A DNA stretch of 63,970 nucleotides, filler included, from Octopus bimaculoides (Eukaryota), in the NCBI RefSeq assembly GCF_001194135.2. It is 6 parts of 6 records of this genome, joined end to end, with 100 filler letters (N's around TTAATTAATTAA, not from the genome) between each part and the next. Parts side by side here need not be neighbours in the genome. Positions count along the whole stretch, not along the records: positions 48,538 to 59,747 come from NC_069004.1; positions 59,848 to 62,755 come from NW_026312425.1; 4 more parts are not named here. One strand, 5' to 3'. Every line of letters begins with the position of its first letter. The first letter of the stretch is position 1. The notes below the pieces were generated by a model. The model did not search any database. It saw only the letters and a list, made by a program, of their open reading frames with translations, and was not told the origin of the DNA. Shown here one piece after another: positions 49,554 through 61,305 of the stretch. The position numbers and the translations under genes were made by a program.

Positions 49554-50286
49554 NNNNNNNNNNNNNNNNNNNNNNNNNNNNNNNNNNNNNNNNNNNNNNN
49601 NNNNNNNNNNNNNNNNNNNNNNNNNNNNNNNNNNNNNNNNNNNNNNNNNNNNNNNNNNNNNNNNNNNNNNNNNNNNNNNNNNNNNNNNNNNNNNNNNNNN
49701 NNNNNNNNNNNNNNNNNNNNNNNNNNNNNNNNNNNNNNNNNNNNNNNNNNNNNNNNNNNNNNNNNNNNNNNNNNNNNNNNNNNNNNNNNNNNNNNNNNNN
49801 NNNNNNNNNNNNNNNNNNNNNNNNNNNNNNNNNNNNNNNNNNNNNNNNNNNNNNNNNNNNNNNNNNNNNNNNNNNNNNNNNNNNNNNNNNNNNNNNNNNN
49901 NNNNNNNNNNNNNNNNNNNNNNNNNNNNNNNNNNNNNNNNNNNNNNNNNNNNNNNNNNNNNNNNNNNNNNNNNNNNNNNNNNNNNNNNNNNNNNNNNNNN
50001 NNNNNNNNNNNNNNNNNNNNNNNNNNNNNNNNNNNNNNNNNNNNNNNNNNNNNNNNNNNNNNNNNNNNNNNNNNNNNNNNNNNNNNNNNNNNNNNNNNNN
50101 NNNNNNNNNNNNNNNNNNNNNNTATATGTGTATGTATGTCTGTTTCAATCTTTGTTGTGATAAAAGGGTGAAATATCTGTCATTATTTTACTCAATGCTA
50201 TCAAATAAACGTAAAAAAAATTGTTGCTTCCTCTGCTTTTTTCTTCTTCCATTCTGTCATATACAATATACATATATATCCGTGAA

Positions 50287-50322
<36 letters not shown>

Positions 50323-50598
50323 TGCGGGTTGAAATACACTAACACTATATCTAAATATCGTATCATACATGCGTGCATACATATATACATACGTACACAC
50401 ATATACACACACATGTATATATATATACTTTCGTACACACACACAAACACACACACACATATATATATATACGTATATACATATATAATTATGTGTGTAT
50501 ATAGGATATTTTAGATATAGTTTTAGTGTGTCTGTAGATTTCAACGAAGTTACTTACCGCCATATACTCCCAGCGATATATTCTGATTCAAGAAACAT

Positions 50599-50599
<1 letters not shown>

Positions 50600-50692
<93 letters not shown>
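50600..50692. repeat. (CA)n microsatellite
   Basis: Long pure CA run just upstream of a SINE B head. Confidence 0.95.
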
Positions 50693-50695
<3 letters not shown>

Positions 50696-50789
50696 CGTGC
50701 CGTGTGGTTAGAAGCTTGCTTCCCAACCACATGGTTCTGGGTTCAGTCCCACTGCGTTGCACCTTCGGCAAGTGTCTTGAACAAAACTT

Positions 50790-51135
50790 GAAATGAGAAC
50801 TGTTCCTGTTATTGTAGATGACCTAGGTATGTTAAAAAAGAGATGTTAGAAACAGCTAGACAACATCCCAGGAGAACCATGTCTCAGAGATCTAAAAGTT
50901 TGTGCTGACGAGTACTGCCGAACATCCTTAGAAAAACCCTATCAATATAGATGTCTGTGTTGTATATGGAGATATTTCGCTACTACGCCTGACACTTCCC
51001 CCCCCCCCAAGCTCTCAGTCATACTGTAATATCTCTTACCTCTCATTCGCCTTAGGACGCTGGGTGTGTCTCAGCAAGTGATTGTAACAAACCTGCAGAT
51101 TAAAAGTAAACAACAACAACAATAATGATAATAAT
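50790..51135 (+). mobile_element. RLE-type non-LTR element extreme 3' fragment
   Basis: PVIVDDLGMLKK...LDNIPGEPCL, then frameshifted VLTSTA and ILRKTLSI*. Ends in a (caa)n/(taa)n tail. Confidence 0.7.
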
Positions 51136-51720
51136 TTCGGAAAAAGTTGTCGTCTATAAAAATGGTCAGTTGTTCTCCTTTATAAGTTAAATTGGTTTGA
51201 AAGAATTTCATTCTTACAGAATGATAGTAAATATGAGCTGACTTTATATTTGAAAAATTTTGATTGAAATCAAATGAAAGAGAAAGAAAAAAATCACAGT
51301 TCCTTTAAAACAACGGTTATCTAAGTCTCTTTAACAAATTTTTAAATTCGTTTCATGTACACGGCATTGAATGAAAGAAAAATTATATTTACCGATCTAT
51401 TATATTCGATTTCATTTGAAGAATTTCGATTAGAAGTGAAGAATTTTTCTTTAAAAATCATATACATCTATATGCATATGCTTATATATATATATGTGTA
51501 TATATGTATATACAAACATACATGTATATATAATGTACATATACATACGTATATATATATATATATATATATATATGACAATTTTTTTCTATTATTTTTG
51601 TTGTTGATGTTGTGATTAATATCATCATCATCACAAATATCATCTTCTTCGTCATCATTGTTGCCGTCGCCTCCGTTCTCCTTATCTCTTACAACATCCT
51701 CATCATCCTCATTATCTGTA

Positions 51721-51761
<41 letters not shown>

Positions 51762-51763
<2 letters not shown>

Positions 51764-51930
51764 GTCTTTATTTATATATATGTCTTTATTTATATTATAT
51801 ATATATATATATATATGTATATATGTCTTTATTTATATTATATATATATATATGTGTATATATGTCTTTATTTATATTATATATATATATATGTCTTTAT
51901 TTATGTATATGTCTTTATTTATATTATATA
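51762..51930. repeat. AT-rich minisatellite (atgtctttatttatat + variable TA)
   Basis: About six copies of atgtctttattta interspersed with TA runs. Confidence 0.85.
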
Positions 51931-52879
51931 TATATATGTATATATATATGCACATACATATGTCATATACATATATATACACGTATATGTGTATGTATGT
52001 ATATATACGTATATATGTATATACATACATATATGTGTATGTATGTTTATGTATGTATGCACATATATATATATATATAANNNNNNNNNNNNNNNNNNNN
52101 NNNNNNNNNNNNNNNNNNNNNNNNNNNNNNNNNNNNNNNNNNNNNNNNNNNNNNNNNNNNNNNNNNNNNNNNNNNNNNNNNNNNNNNNNNNNNNNNNNNN
52201 NNNNNNNNNNNNNNNNNNNNNNNNNNNNNNNNNNNNNNNNNNNNNNNNNNNNNNNNNNNNNNNNNNNNNNNNNNNNNNNNNNNNNNNNNNNNNNNNNNNN
52301 NNNNNNNNNNNNNNNNNNNNNNNNNNNNNNNNNNNNNNNNNNNNNNNNNNNNNNNNNNNNNNNNNNNNNNNNNNNNNNNNNNNNNNNNNNNNNNNNNNNN
52401 NNNNNNNNNNNNNNNNNNNNNNNNNNNNNNNNNNNNNNNNNNNNNNNNNNNNNNNNNNNNNNNNNNNNNNNNNNNNNNNNNNNNNNNNNNNNNNNNNNNN
52501 NNNNNNNNNNNNNNNNNNNNNNNNNNNNNNNNNNNNNNNNNNNNNNNNNNNNNNNNNNNNNNNNNNNNNNNNNNNNNNNNNNNNNNNNNNNNNNNNNNNN
52601 NNNNNNNNNNNNNNNNNNNNNNNNNNNNNNNNTTTAGTTCTCTCCACCGAATGTTTGAAAAAAAAAAAATGTCTTAACACTTATTTCTTCTTTTTCGTTT
52701 CTGGAAATGAAGTTTTCTTGAGAGATTTTCCTTTATAGAAAAACAAATTCCAAAACGGTAAGACAAAACGTCGTAGTTATTGAAGCAAAAAAAAAAATCG
52801 ATTAGTATAATGTTCATGATTGAACGCTAATCAAGAGATCAACGGCCCCAAAATATTACTAACCTAGTGCCTTAGTTTA

Positions 52880-53985
52880 TCCTCCTCCTCCTCCTCCTCA
52901 TCATCATCATCATTCTTTTAAACTCTTGGAGTCTTTAATGCGCAGCAGGCTTGCTGCCTGCAGTCTACGGTACCATGCTATCTGTTCTTTTCAACGATCT
53001 ACTACTTGTCTTATTCTTCTGGCCGTGCCAAGGAGGCAAACCTTTTGTAACAGCTCTACTGGGCACATTATTCCCATTTCCGTTATATTCCTCTTGATGC
53101 CTTCTGATACTGTCCCCCAAGGAATCGAATATAATTGGCACTATCTTCACCTTCATTTTCTCTAGCCGGACTATTTCGTAATTAAGAGGATTGTATGTCT
53201 ACTTTTTCGTCTTCCTTCTTGACTATTCGCGGGTCAAAGGGGCACACAGCATCAATTATATAGCACATGTGGTTCACCTTCTCCACCACCACTAGGTCCG
53301 GCTTATTGTACTCTAGCACCTTATGTGTTTGAATTGGGAAATTCCACAGGATCTTACAGGTTTCTGACACCACTACTCTGCACGATTTGTGTTCATGCCA
53401 CATCTTCTCTCTCTCTGTAGGCCCCACTTTTCGCATAGTTTCTAATGTAGCCCTTTCTCTACCTCATCGTGTTGCCACAACTTATAATGATTTTGGACAA
53501 GTCTGGAGCATTTGTTCACAATATGGGTAATGGTTTCGTTTACTCTATTACAGATGCGGCACAGTGGATGCTCTTTCTCATTCCTAAGATTGACGCTTTA
53601 ATTTGTGGCCAAATAACTTATTAAAGTTTTTCTTAAGTAGTTTCAAGTGAGCTCCTACTGCCCCACTTAACACACCACCGTCTTCCTGAGATCTGTGCAG
53701 CATTGTGTTCTGATTTTTGTGGCGATTGGAGAAGTGTAACCACGTCTGGGGTTCCTGTTTATACCACGTCTTGCCTCTCTCTAGACCCCGCTTTTCGCAT
53801 AGTTTCTGATATAGCGCTTTCTTGACCTCATAGTATCGTCACAACTTAGAGTCATTTTAGACAAGTCCCGGGCACTCGTTCAGGATATGAGCAATGGTTT
53901 CGTCCACTCCATTGCGGCATAACGGAGTCACTTGCTCATTCCTAAGGCTGACCCTCTAGTTTGGGTCCAAAAGTATTTCTTCAGC
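52880..53985 (-). mobile_element. RLE-type (R4/Dong-like) non-LTR retrotransposon 3' end, with duplicated zinc-knuckle segment
   Basis: CRICNRVNETITHIVNKC (CCHC) followed by KILWNFPIQT..VLEYNKPDLVVVEK..CYIIDAVCPFD (PD-(D/E)xK). A second CCHC segment lies about 360 bp upstream. (TGA)n/(GGA)n tail at 52880-52913. Confidence 0.88.
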
Positions 53986-54080
53986 AGTTTCAAGTAATAC
54001 AGTTTAAGAGATGAGGAATTATGTACATTGTTTACATTATTTACATTTGACGGATATTTGTCATCATCTTGTTTGTTGTT

Positions 54081-54127
54081 AATACAACGCTTCGGCTGAT
54101 ATACTCTCCAGCTTTCATCAGGTGTAC
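54081..54127 (-). ncRNA. Decayed minimal type I hammerhead ribozyme motif in a Penelope-type terminal repeat
   Basis: Minus strand: acac CTGATGA a agctgg-agagtata-tcagcc GAAG cg tt gtat. Stem II and the short CG stem III are present. Two core or near-core substitutions. Confidence 0.6.
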
Positions 54128-54206
54128 TGGGGAAATTTCGAACCTGGGTTCTCATTCCTAAGGTTATTATTATTATTATTATTGTTATATTCAGGTCACT
54201 GCCTGG

Positions 54207-54238
<32 letters not shown>

Positions 54239-55986
54239 CACAACAATAACAACATCGAAAAATACCTTAGGAATGAGAACCCAGGTTCGAAAGGTTTTTT
54301 TATAAGTGAATACCGTGTTCTATTGTGTTAGCAGTGCTATCACATCACTACAGATATTCTTTGGAAATTATAGTCAGCACTAATTGTATTACGACGTTTC
54401 GTACCCGAGGCATCTCGGATACGAAACGTCGTAACAAAAATCTGTGTTGGCTATTATTTCTACAGAAACTGTCAATCGAATATATCAATTCCGAAAGTTC
54501 GACAGATTAATTAGTGTATTGATTAGAAGCAAATTAAACTTGGTAAAGTTTGAATTTAGAACGTAAAAAGGTTTCGCAAAATTCCGCCTAAGAATTTTGG
54601 GCCGTTGAGCACATATTCCACCAATGGTCTGATGTTAATGTGACTATAGAATGTAATGCGGTGTACTTGTAGAATCGTTAGTACTCCGGACAAAATGCTG
54701 AGCGGCATTTCATCCGTCTGTACGTTCTGAGTTCAAATTCTCTGTACGTTCTGAGTTCATTTCTTCAGGGTAGATAAAATAAGTACCAGTTGAATACTGG
54801 GGTCGATATAATCAGCTTACTCCTCCATTAAAATTTCTGGTCCTGTGCCAAAATTTCAAACCAGTATGACTATAGAATGTGGAAACATTATATATGTTGT
54901 TATAAACTATTTAGTAGCCATTTAGTTAAAAAAACGTCTACCTATTGGAGAGAAAATATTATAGTTAAAAAATAGCATAAACATAGGCTAGAGGGGGAGA
55001 GAGAAAAAGAGAGAGAGAGAGAGAGACGGGAGAAAAAAGAAAAAGGGAGGGAAAGTGGGGGAATGAGTATAAGGTTCTTTGTACAGTAATCGGTATTGGT
55101 GGTCAGTCAGTAATCGATACATATAGGGTTCGAGATCAATCAATGGCCGTGTTCGATTTTTTTCAGATTCATAGATGCTTGTCATAGAAAACTTAATTAT
55201 CTATCTATTTATCTATCATCTATCTATCTATCTATCGATATGTATATATCTATCTATCTATCTATATATATATATACATTTGCAGGATTGTATGTATGTA
55301 TACACACACACACACACACACACATATGTGTCTATATATATATATATATATGTAAATATATGTGTGTATACATACATACATATATNNNNNNNNNNNNNNN
55401 NNNNNNNNNNNNNNNNNNNNNNNNNNNNNGTTGGTGGTAATATAGGTAAACCGATAAAGCAGAGATTATATTTAACAGCAACACCCAGAAGTTAAAAGAA
55501 ACCGATCATCAAAAAAATCTCATTTCTCCCTTTATTTTCCCTCCTTAAGAAGTTACGTTGGGGAATATTTGGTGTTGAGCCACCATATTGAATTATTGAT
55601 GTTGGTAAAAGAATGAGTCTCATATGTATATGTGTGTGTATGTGTGTGTATGTGTATGTATGTGTGTGTGTGTATGTATCGTCTGCTTTTCTTTTGCTGG
55701 TTGGTTTTTTCTTCTTCTATATATTCACAGTTTGATGTGTTGCCTGACAAAATTTGGGGAAAATATTTGACTGAGAAAGATTCAGGAAAAGCCACAAAGC
55801 AGAAATTCTTTATTGGTTCGGCTGAGATGAATCTGTCAGCCATAGAATTTATGCTGCGATTGAAAAACATCCAAGACTGAACGCAAATGTCAAAATTATT
55901 GTTGAACATACTTTTTCACGATATCTCATTGGCATGGAAGCTATCATGGCGTGAGAACGAGCAAACGTGCTTGGAAACGAAGGCTG

Positions 55987-56048
<62 letters not shown>

Positions 56049-56151
56049 AGCTAGCTATATATATATATATGTGTGTATGTTTATCAGGATATCTACTTAT
56101 GACTATATGTTTATATAAAATTAATCGATCACGCTCACACACACACACACA

Positions 56152-56188
<37 letters not shown>

Positions 56189-56361
56189 GCACACACGCAC
56201 ACACACACACGTTTTAGGATTTAGAAACAAGACAAAGACAACACAATACACGTGGAGATTCTTATTCGTTCGGTTCGAAGCACCTGCTTTGAACAATATA
56301 CATACATAGACATAATAGATATACATACATGCATGCATATATACATGCGTGTGTATGTGAC

Positions 56362-56428
<67 letters not shown>

Positions 56429-56552
56429 GTATGTATGTATGTATATATATTTGCATGTGCATATATAATCGATCATATATAATTCCAATTATTCAAAGAA
56501 ATGATTTGATTGATTTCTGTTCTTTGTCCTCACATACTCCGTCTTTCTTCGA

Positions 56553-56625
<73 letters not shown>

Positions 56626-57660
56626 ATGTATACACACACATACACACATTCATACATAAGAACAGGTATATATATATATACAAACATAGACACAATAACA
56701 TCTACATATATAGAAAAACACACACGTGCAAATGCGCATAAGCGCACGCATGTGTATGTATATAATTAGTATATATATATATATATATATATATATGCGT
56801 GTATGTTTGTGTATGTGTGTGTATATTTATGCAAATACTCACTGTATGTCATATATGTATGTTTAAATGAAAGAATGAATATATGCGTCTCTGTATATAT
56901 GTGTGAATGTATATACGAATATATGAATGCATGTGTGTGTGTACATATATATGTATGTATATATATATATATATTTATACATATATATATATATATATAT
57001 GCATATTTATATATATACATATATACATACTTAGGTATGTGTGTATGTATGCTTGCGTTTTTGTACGTACGTATGTATACGTGTGTGTATTGACGTGTAT
57101 GTATTTATATGTATTCATGCTTCTACGTATGTGTATGTATGTATGTATGTATGTATGTATGTTTGTATGTATGTAAGTGTGTGTGTGTGTGAATGTGTGT
57201 GTGTGTGAGTGTGTTTCTGTATGTGTGCGTGTGTGTGTGTGTGTGTGTAAAAGAGAAAAAATTCAGTAAAGGTAATTTGTTATAATAATTGAAACGGTCT
57301 AAAATCGATTAAAAAGGAATACATTTTATTTCTGTCTGTCTGTCTGTCTGTCTGTCTCACTTTCTCTCTAGTTACACACACACATTATATACATACATAC
57401 ATACATACAGATGTGTGTGTGTAGGAATGGTACTGCAAGAACAAAACGCAAGGTACGTTAGTGCTCGGTCAGTTCAAATTCTTAAAATCTTAACTTCTTA
57501 AGCAAACAAAGTTACTTCAGAAGCAAGAGAGTTTGTGTATACCTGACGGCTGTATGTGTCCATCTTTTCTTTATTCATATATAATAAGTAATCCATATAT
57601 GTAGATATTACAAGGGGCCGTTGGTGATTCCCCCCTCTTCTCTTGAACTTTTCCCCTTTT

Positions 57661-57697
57661 CTTTTCCGACGAAGAGCTACGCTTGAAACGTTCAAAA
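57661..57697 (+). ncRNA. Decayed minimal hammerhead-like motif
   Basis: tttt CCGACGA a gagc-tac-gctt GAAA cg tt caaaa. U4 is replaced by C, stem III is the palindromic acgt, and stem I is weak. Confidence 0.45.
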
Positions 57698-57797
57698 CCC
57701 TTTTTTTTTATTCACTGAGCGTCAAAGAAATATATTCCTTTGCATCGCATCTTGTTGCTTGTTATTCTTAATTTTATTTTTCGATTATTTGGTTTGA

Positions 57798-57842
<45 letters not shown>

Positions 57843-58021
57843 NNNNNNNNNNGTATATATTGTAACTTATGTGGGTGATTCACGGCTAAACTATTTCGTA
57901 GATGTACGGAAAATTGACTGGCTGTGCGTGTGTGTGTATGTGTGCGTAGATAGATAGATAGGGAAGTGAATAGCGACATGCATATTCGTAGATGTATGTA
58001 TATATATGTATGTGTGTGACT

Positions 58022-58070
<49 letters not shown>

Positions 58071-58254
58071 GTAGATATAAGTATATGCCTGTGTTGAAGG
58101 TGCAACGCAATAGCACTGACCCTCAAGAAATCTCAACTACCCAGGCTTGCCTGCATCTATCTATCTATCTATCTATCTGTCTATCTATCTGTCTGTCTAT
58201 CTATCTATCTGTCTGTTTATCTGTCTCTCTGCCTGTCTCTCCCTCTCTCTCCGT

Positions 58255-58310
<56 letters not shown>

Positions 58311-58521
58311 TATATATACACGAGTGAATGGACAAACGAAAGAAGGGCACTCAACCAATTTATTGGGAGTTACATGTATGGATCAGAACAGTTTGATTCA
58401 AATCCTTTTGTACTCTTGAGTTTCAAGTGTGATGCTAGTCGTCAACCATTTTGAATCGCGCTTGAAACTCACGAATACCAACGAATTGGAACCAAACTGT
58501 TTTGATCCATATATATATATA

Positions 58522-58900
58522 TTCTTTTATGTGTTTCAGTCATTTGACTGCTGCCACGCTGGACTACCGGCTTTAGTCGAATCGGCCCCAAGTCTTATTC
58601 TTTGCAAGCCTAGTTCTTATTCTATCGGTCTCTTTTGCCGAACTGCTACGTTACGGGGACATAAATACACCAACATCGGTTGTCAAGCGATAGTGAGAGG
58701 ACAAACACAAGCACACACACACATATATATATATTTATACACACAACGGGTTTCTTTCAGTTTACGTCTACCAAATCCGCAAGGCTTTGGTCGGCCGAGG
58801 CTATAGTAGAAGACACTTGCCCTAGGTGCCACACAGGGGGACTGAACCCGGAACCATAAGGTTGGAAAACAAGCTTCTTACCATAATGCCATTCCTGCGT
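58522..58900 (-). mobile_element. SINE family B (full length)
   Basis: gtttcagtcatttgactgc...gaagacacttgccctaggtgccac...gactgaacccggaacc. Confidence 0.8.
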
Positions 58901-58904
58901 CTAT

Positions 58905-59089
58905 AGATACTACCACCAGCATCACCACCACCGTCATCACCATCACCACTAATAAAAGAAAACCCGCAATCACCACCACCACCACCACCACCACCACCAC
59001 CACCACCGTAACATCAACACTAATAACGATAGTGACACTGTAAACACCTCCACTACCTTCACCACCACCACCGCCTTCAACAAGACAAT

Positions 59090-59136
<47 letters not shown>

Positions 59137-59170
59137 AAATGATGATGATCATGATGATCATGATGATGCA
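58905..59170. repeat. Compound trinucleotide tract (CAC/TAC/GAT)
   Basis: (cac)n, (tac)n and (gat)n runs. Confidence 0.9.
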
Positions 59171-59353
59171 GTTTTACACCCGATGCACAAATAAAGCCTT
59201 GATAATCCGGCCATTGTAAAGTCAATCGTACGGAATAAATGCCGCATTAGACAGATTAAACGTTAATCCGGGAATTTCTAACGAGACGTAACAGTTGATA
59301 GCCGCGTTGTACAACTCTCACTTCCTTCCATACACGCACACATATCTACCTAC

Positions 59354-59409
<56 letters not shown>

Positions 59410-59507
59410 GTCTGTCTGTCTGTTTGTATGGCTGTTTAAGTAACTCTCTGTCTCTCCTTCTCTCTCTCTTTCTCTCCCTCCTCTCTCTCTCCCCCTCTCT
59501 CTCTCTC

Positions 59508-59715
59508 TCTGGCAGAATCGTTAGCACGGTGGGCAAATTTGCTGAGCGGTATTTCGTCTGCCGTTACGTTCTGAGTTCAAATTCCGCCGAGCTCGACTTT
59601 GCCTTTCACCCTTTCGGGATCGATAAATTAAGTACCAGCCGAGTACTGGGGTCGACCTAATCGACTGGCACCCCTCCCCAGAAAATTTCAGGCCTTGTGC
59701 CAAAATTTGAAACCA
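59508..59715 (+). mobile_element. SINE family D monomer
   Basis: ctggcagaatcgttagcac...gagttcaaattccgccgag...caaaatttgaaacc. Confidence 0.85.
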
Positions 59716-59747
59716 ATATTAATCCGAGTGGGCGGTATTAAACTCCT

Positions 59748-59847
59748 NNNNNNNNNNNNNNNNNNNNNNNNNNNNNNNNNNNNNNNNNNNNTTAATTAAT
59801 TAANNNNNNNNNNNNNNNNNNNNNNNNNNNNNNNNNNNNNNNNNNNN
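59748..59847. other. Artificial scaffold-joining linker 4
   Basis: 44 N + TTAATTAATTAA + 44 N. Confidence 0.95.
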
Positions 59848-60449
59848 AAATTATAAATCTGAAAATGCTAATAAACTCATGTACATTTGACCATGCGACA
59901 TCAAATATCACTTGCTGAAACCCTACGGGAAGTGGGGAGGGGGTTATGGCCAGTCCCGTAATCTATTTGGCTATCTATAGTTTTGAAAGGCCATGATCTT
60001 GTTATGGTTGGTTAATGGATAACCGATAACATAAACAACAAAGTAAGTACGCAAAAATATATAAATGTATACAAATAAAAAACAAATAATCCAAGGTTAA
60101 CTATTAGTAGGAAGGATAGTAAAAATCAATAAAGAAATTAATATAGGGACTTGACTGTATTATATTATATTAAATTATGTTAAATTACGAAATATATAAG
60201 TAAAATGTGGATGGATTTATATATATATATATATATNNNNNNNNNNNNNNNNNNNNNNNNNNNNNNNNNNNNNNNNNNNNNNNNNNNNNNNNNNNNNNNN
60301 NNNNNNNNNNNNNNNNNNNNNNNNNNNNNNNNNNNNNNNNNNNNNNNNNNNNNNNNNNNNNNNNNNNNNNNNNNNNNNNNNNNNNNNNNNNNNNNNNCAA
60401 ACCTCATAATTAGTTTTTTTTTAAATTATCACTTTATGAGATTTCATGC

Positions 60450-61030
60450 CAGAAATTTGGACACCTTTTCCACATCTATTTAATGGAAAACTGGAAAAGA
60501 TACTTGGATGATTGTTTCATCATATGGAAGGCATCTTATGAAAAACTTCTGAAATTCAAAACCACACTTAACAACATATATCCCAGCATTCAATTCACAA
60601 TGGAATCCAGCAAACATCATCTCCCGTTTCTTGATCTCTTAATTATAAAAACTCTCAATAACCAAATCAAAACCGACATCTACCACAAACCTACAGACTC
60701 CCAACAATACCTCCTCCTCAGCTCATGCCACCCAAAACACACCAAGATAAATATTCCCTTCAATTTAACCAAAAGAATTTGCACCGTTGTCTCTGGCCCA
60801 ACCACTCGGGAAATACGCCTACAAGACTTCAGACAAAACACTATTACAACGCTAATACCCATCCACACTCATAGACTTTAGAATAAAACGTACTAAGGAA
60901 CTTCACAAAAACACACTGAAAACCACCCAACACAGCAGCACACCCAACCCTAAAATACGTCCATACATTTCCACCCACAACCCCAAAACATCGAAGCATA
61001 CACCACAATCAAACAAAACCTCCCTTTACG
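60450..61030 (+). mobile_element. Penelope-like retroelement RT/thumb fragment
   Basis: WKRYLDDCFIIW...SIQFTME...LPFLDL...TDIYHKPTDSQQYL..SSCHPKHTK..IPF, a typical PLE RT C-terminal half. Confidence 0.9.
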
Positions 61031-61305
61031 ACCACATGGTCTTTCTGACTTCTTCGGTGTGGGTGTTTCACATCACCATTCATGTATGTGCTTTTGTCCC
61101 AGCTGTTGTTACATTTGGTGTATAAGGGAGGTTGATTCCGCTGCCCTCGCCTGCACCTCATGTCGGGCTGTTGGTCCATCTGCTATTGTGGAGAAGAGGA
61201 TGCCCACTTCCTTTTTGGAGATATCTACTTCCAACTTATGCAGATTTCTTAATTTTTGTGACAGAGCTTGAAGATCCTGTGGGCTTTTGAACCCTAAACA
61301 GCACC

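Noticed and set aside
49007-50332. 441-aa poly-Ser/Leu/His ORF and the opposite poly-Lys/Met ORF
   Set aside because: Trinucleotide repeat plus gap, with no splice or homology support.
53935-54163. Shared 13-mer ctcattcctaagg between the RLE fragment and the ribozyme repeat
   Set aside because: Too short to distinguish microhomology-mediated joining from chance.
21511-59660. Dozens of ORFs rich in YI, HT, CV, LS or X
   Set aside because: They are translations of (TA)n, (CA)n, (TC)n and (TATC)n microsatellites and N gaps, which lack stops by construction.
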